Source: Azolla caroliniana (Eukaryota; Plantae; Polypodiophyta). Taken from it: a DNA stretch of 64,000 nucleotides. The stretch covers positions 1 through 64,000 of the forward strand of contig JBHGNT010000095.1 in NCBI GenBank assembly GCA_043228905.1. Reading direction: 5' to 3'. Both the position numbers and the translations under genes were made by a program. Positions within the stretch are counted from its first letter, which is position 1, and each line of letters starts with the position of its first letter. Of this stretch, positions 62,332-64,000 are shown piece after piece. A model generated the notes under the pieces. The model searched no databases and was not told where the DNA came from. It was given only the letters and a program-made list of their open reading frames with translations.

Positions 62332-64000
62332 TGTCATGATATGGCAAGACTCGAACCCATGACCTTAGGTTATATGGGTCGAGCTCTTGACCATTAGAAC
62401 ATCTATTGTAATACGTAGGATATTATTTTCATTTACATTTTATTATAGGAAATTAGTGTGTATTCCAGATTTCTCTAGAACATTCTAGAAGCTTCAGGAT
62501 TACTCCTGAAAACACTATAAAAGAGGGCACTAGGCATTATGTTGAACCAAATTGGTTCAACGCCAGTCTTAAGCCTTTTAGCCGCCGTTGTATATTCTCT
62601 TCATATAATAAATATCTTTCTTATCATCACTCTCTCTCTCTCTCTCTTTCTCTCTGTCTCACTCACTTCTCCCTTCTCTCGAAGAAGTTCAAACCTCTCG
62701 TAGTACTAATCCTTCGTTTAGTACTAATTTCTTCTCTGTCTCAGTACTGTTCATGACAGTTTGAACCAATTTTCCTACCTTCTGTCTCTCTCATTTCCTA
62801 CTAATCTTTTATTCCTCTTTTCTTTCATCCCATGGCCACTGTTAGCGCTGAAGAATATCAATCTGTTTTCTCGGAATTTCAAGGCTTGAAGGAGAAGTTC
62901 CATGCTTTGGAACAAGAAAACCAACGGTTGGTGGGGGATCTTCAGCAAATCTCCTTAGAAAAGCAGCAAACGCAACAACAACATGGGGAACTTGCGTTAC
63001 GCGTGCAACAACTCAAAGCCACCATCGTAGCGATGCAACAACACGGGCCCGGAACACAAGGGATTCATAAAGAACCTAAGATTGGCCTTCCCACGAAGTT
63101 CGATGGAACGCGATCGCAGTTTAGAGGGTTCCTTAACCAGGTACGATTAGTTATTCAAATGCATCCTTCCCGATATCCCACCGATGCATCACGAGTGGGT
63201 TTAGTAGGCACTTTGTTAAGTGGCTCAGCGTTGTCATGGTTCGCTCCACTATTAGAAAAGGAATCTTCGTTACTCAACAATTTTGAAGAGTTTCTAGGTG
63301 AGTTTAAAACATGTTTCGGAGATACTGACAGCATCAGGACCGCAATCAACAAAATCCGGCGATTACGCCAAGGTGACCGTCCAGCCTCCGCATATGCTGC
63401 AGATTTTCGCCTACTCGCCGCCGATATCCCTTGGGATGATCAAGCGTTGATGGAGCAATTCCGTTATGGTTTATGCAACGACGTCAAGGATTTACTCTTG
63501 ACCTTCCCCGAAGAGCCAAAGTCCTTAATAGAAGCAATCAGTCGCGCGGTGAGATGTGACAACTGCCTCTTTGAGCGACGTTCGGAACGACAGCGCTACA
63601 GATGCCAAGGGCAAGATCAGAGCCCACCTACGCCTCAGTGGTAGCAAGACCTTTTTCGAGGGAGTCATATAATGCGCCTCCAGCGAATACTCCGACTCCG
63701 ATGGAGATTGACACTACACGTCGTCGAGGGCCATTATCCGAAGAAGAAAAGCAGCGACGCCGTACAAATCGACTATGTCTTTACTGCGGTGGACCAGGAC
63801 ATATCGCAATAAATTGCCCCCATAGGCCAAGAAGACAGGTAAACCAAATAGTCGCTAGTTCTAATTGTACAAAATCCGAGCCTATTTCAGTAGGGATATC
63901 TGATAGTCCTAATAGTACTAATATCCCAGATCTAGCAAACAAATTTGATGTCCTTAGTCAGTTAGAAGAAGAGTTAAACGACTAAGTCCAGCCAAAATAG
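62332..64000 (+). mobile_element. Ty3/gypsy chromovirus (Tcn1/sushi-like): 5' LTR 62332-62758 and gag 62832-63985
   Basis: LTR TGTCATGA...TCATGACA with TATAAAA at 62516; gag P.KFDG.R..FRGF, PMEID..R.RGPLSEEEKQRR..NRLCLYCGGPGHIAINCP; one frameshift near 63595. Confidence 0.9.

Noticed and set aside
58742-62397. Multiple plus-strand and alternate-frame ORFs over the copia
   Set aside because: Shadow ORFs of a GC-rich pol with no recognisable domains.

Overview
Eukaryotic land-plant nuclear DNA. It is probably a non-seed plant such as a fern; this is inferred only from the TE complement (a Tcn1-like chromovirus and an RTEX-like LINE). Four intron-containing + strand genes could be assembled by hand into open frames: a full-size ABCB/P-glycoprotein transporter (5338-15117, 11 exons, ~1385 aa), a kinetochore SPC24-like gene (17340-19265, 5 exons, ~213 aa), a Misato/DML1 tubulin-like gene (21080-26809, 9 exons, ~549 aa) and a PX + Rubicon-homology protein gene (37201-51619, 5 coding exons, ~1271 aa, with a 10-kb TE-filled intron). 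The rest is nested Ty1/copia, Ty3/gypsy and LINE sequence, MITEs with clear TIRs/TSDs, tandem duplications and microsatellites. The most notable signals are: (i) SPC24 appears to carry both a U12-type GT-AG intron and a rare U2-like AT-AC intron (donor ATAAGT); (ii) a Tcn1-like gypsy element has a tRNA-independent self-priming PBS and a candidate -1 frameshift heptamer; (iii) a complete copia has TG..TA termini; (iv) the ABCB lacks the D/E-P auxin-transport motif. Gene models and homology calls come from reading the sequence and recalling family motifs, not from database searches.
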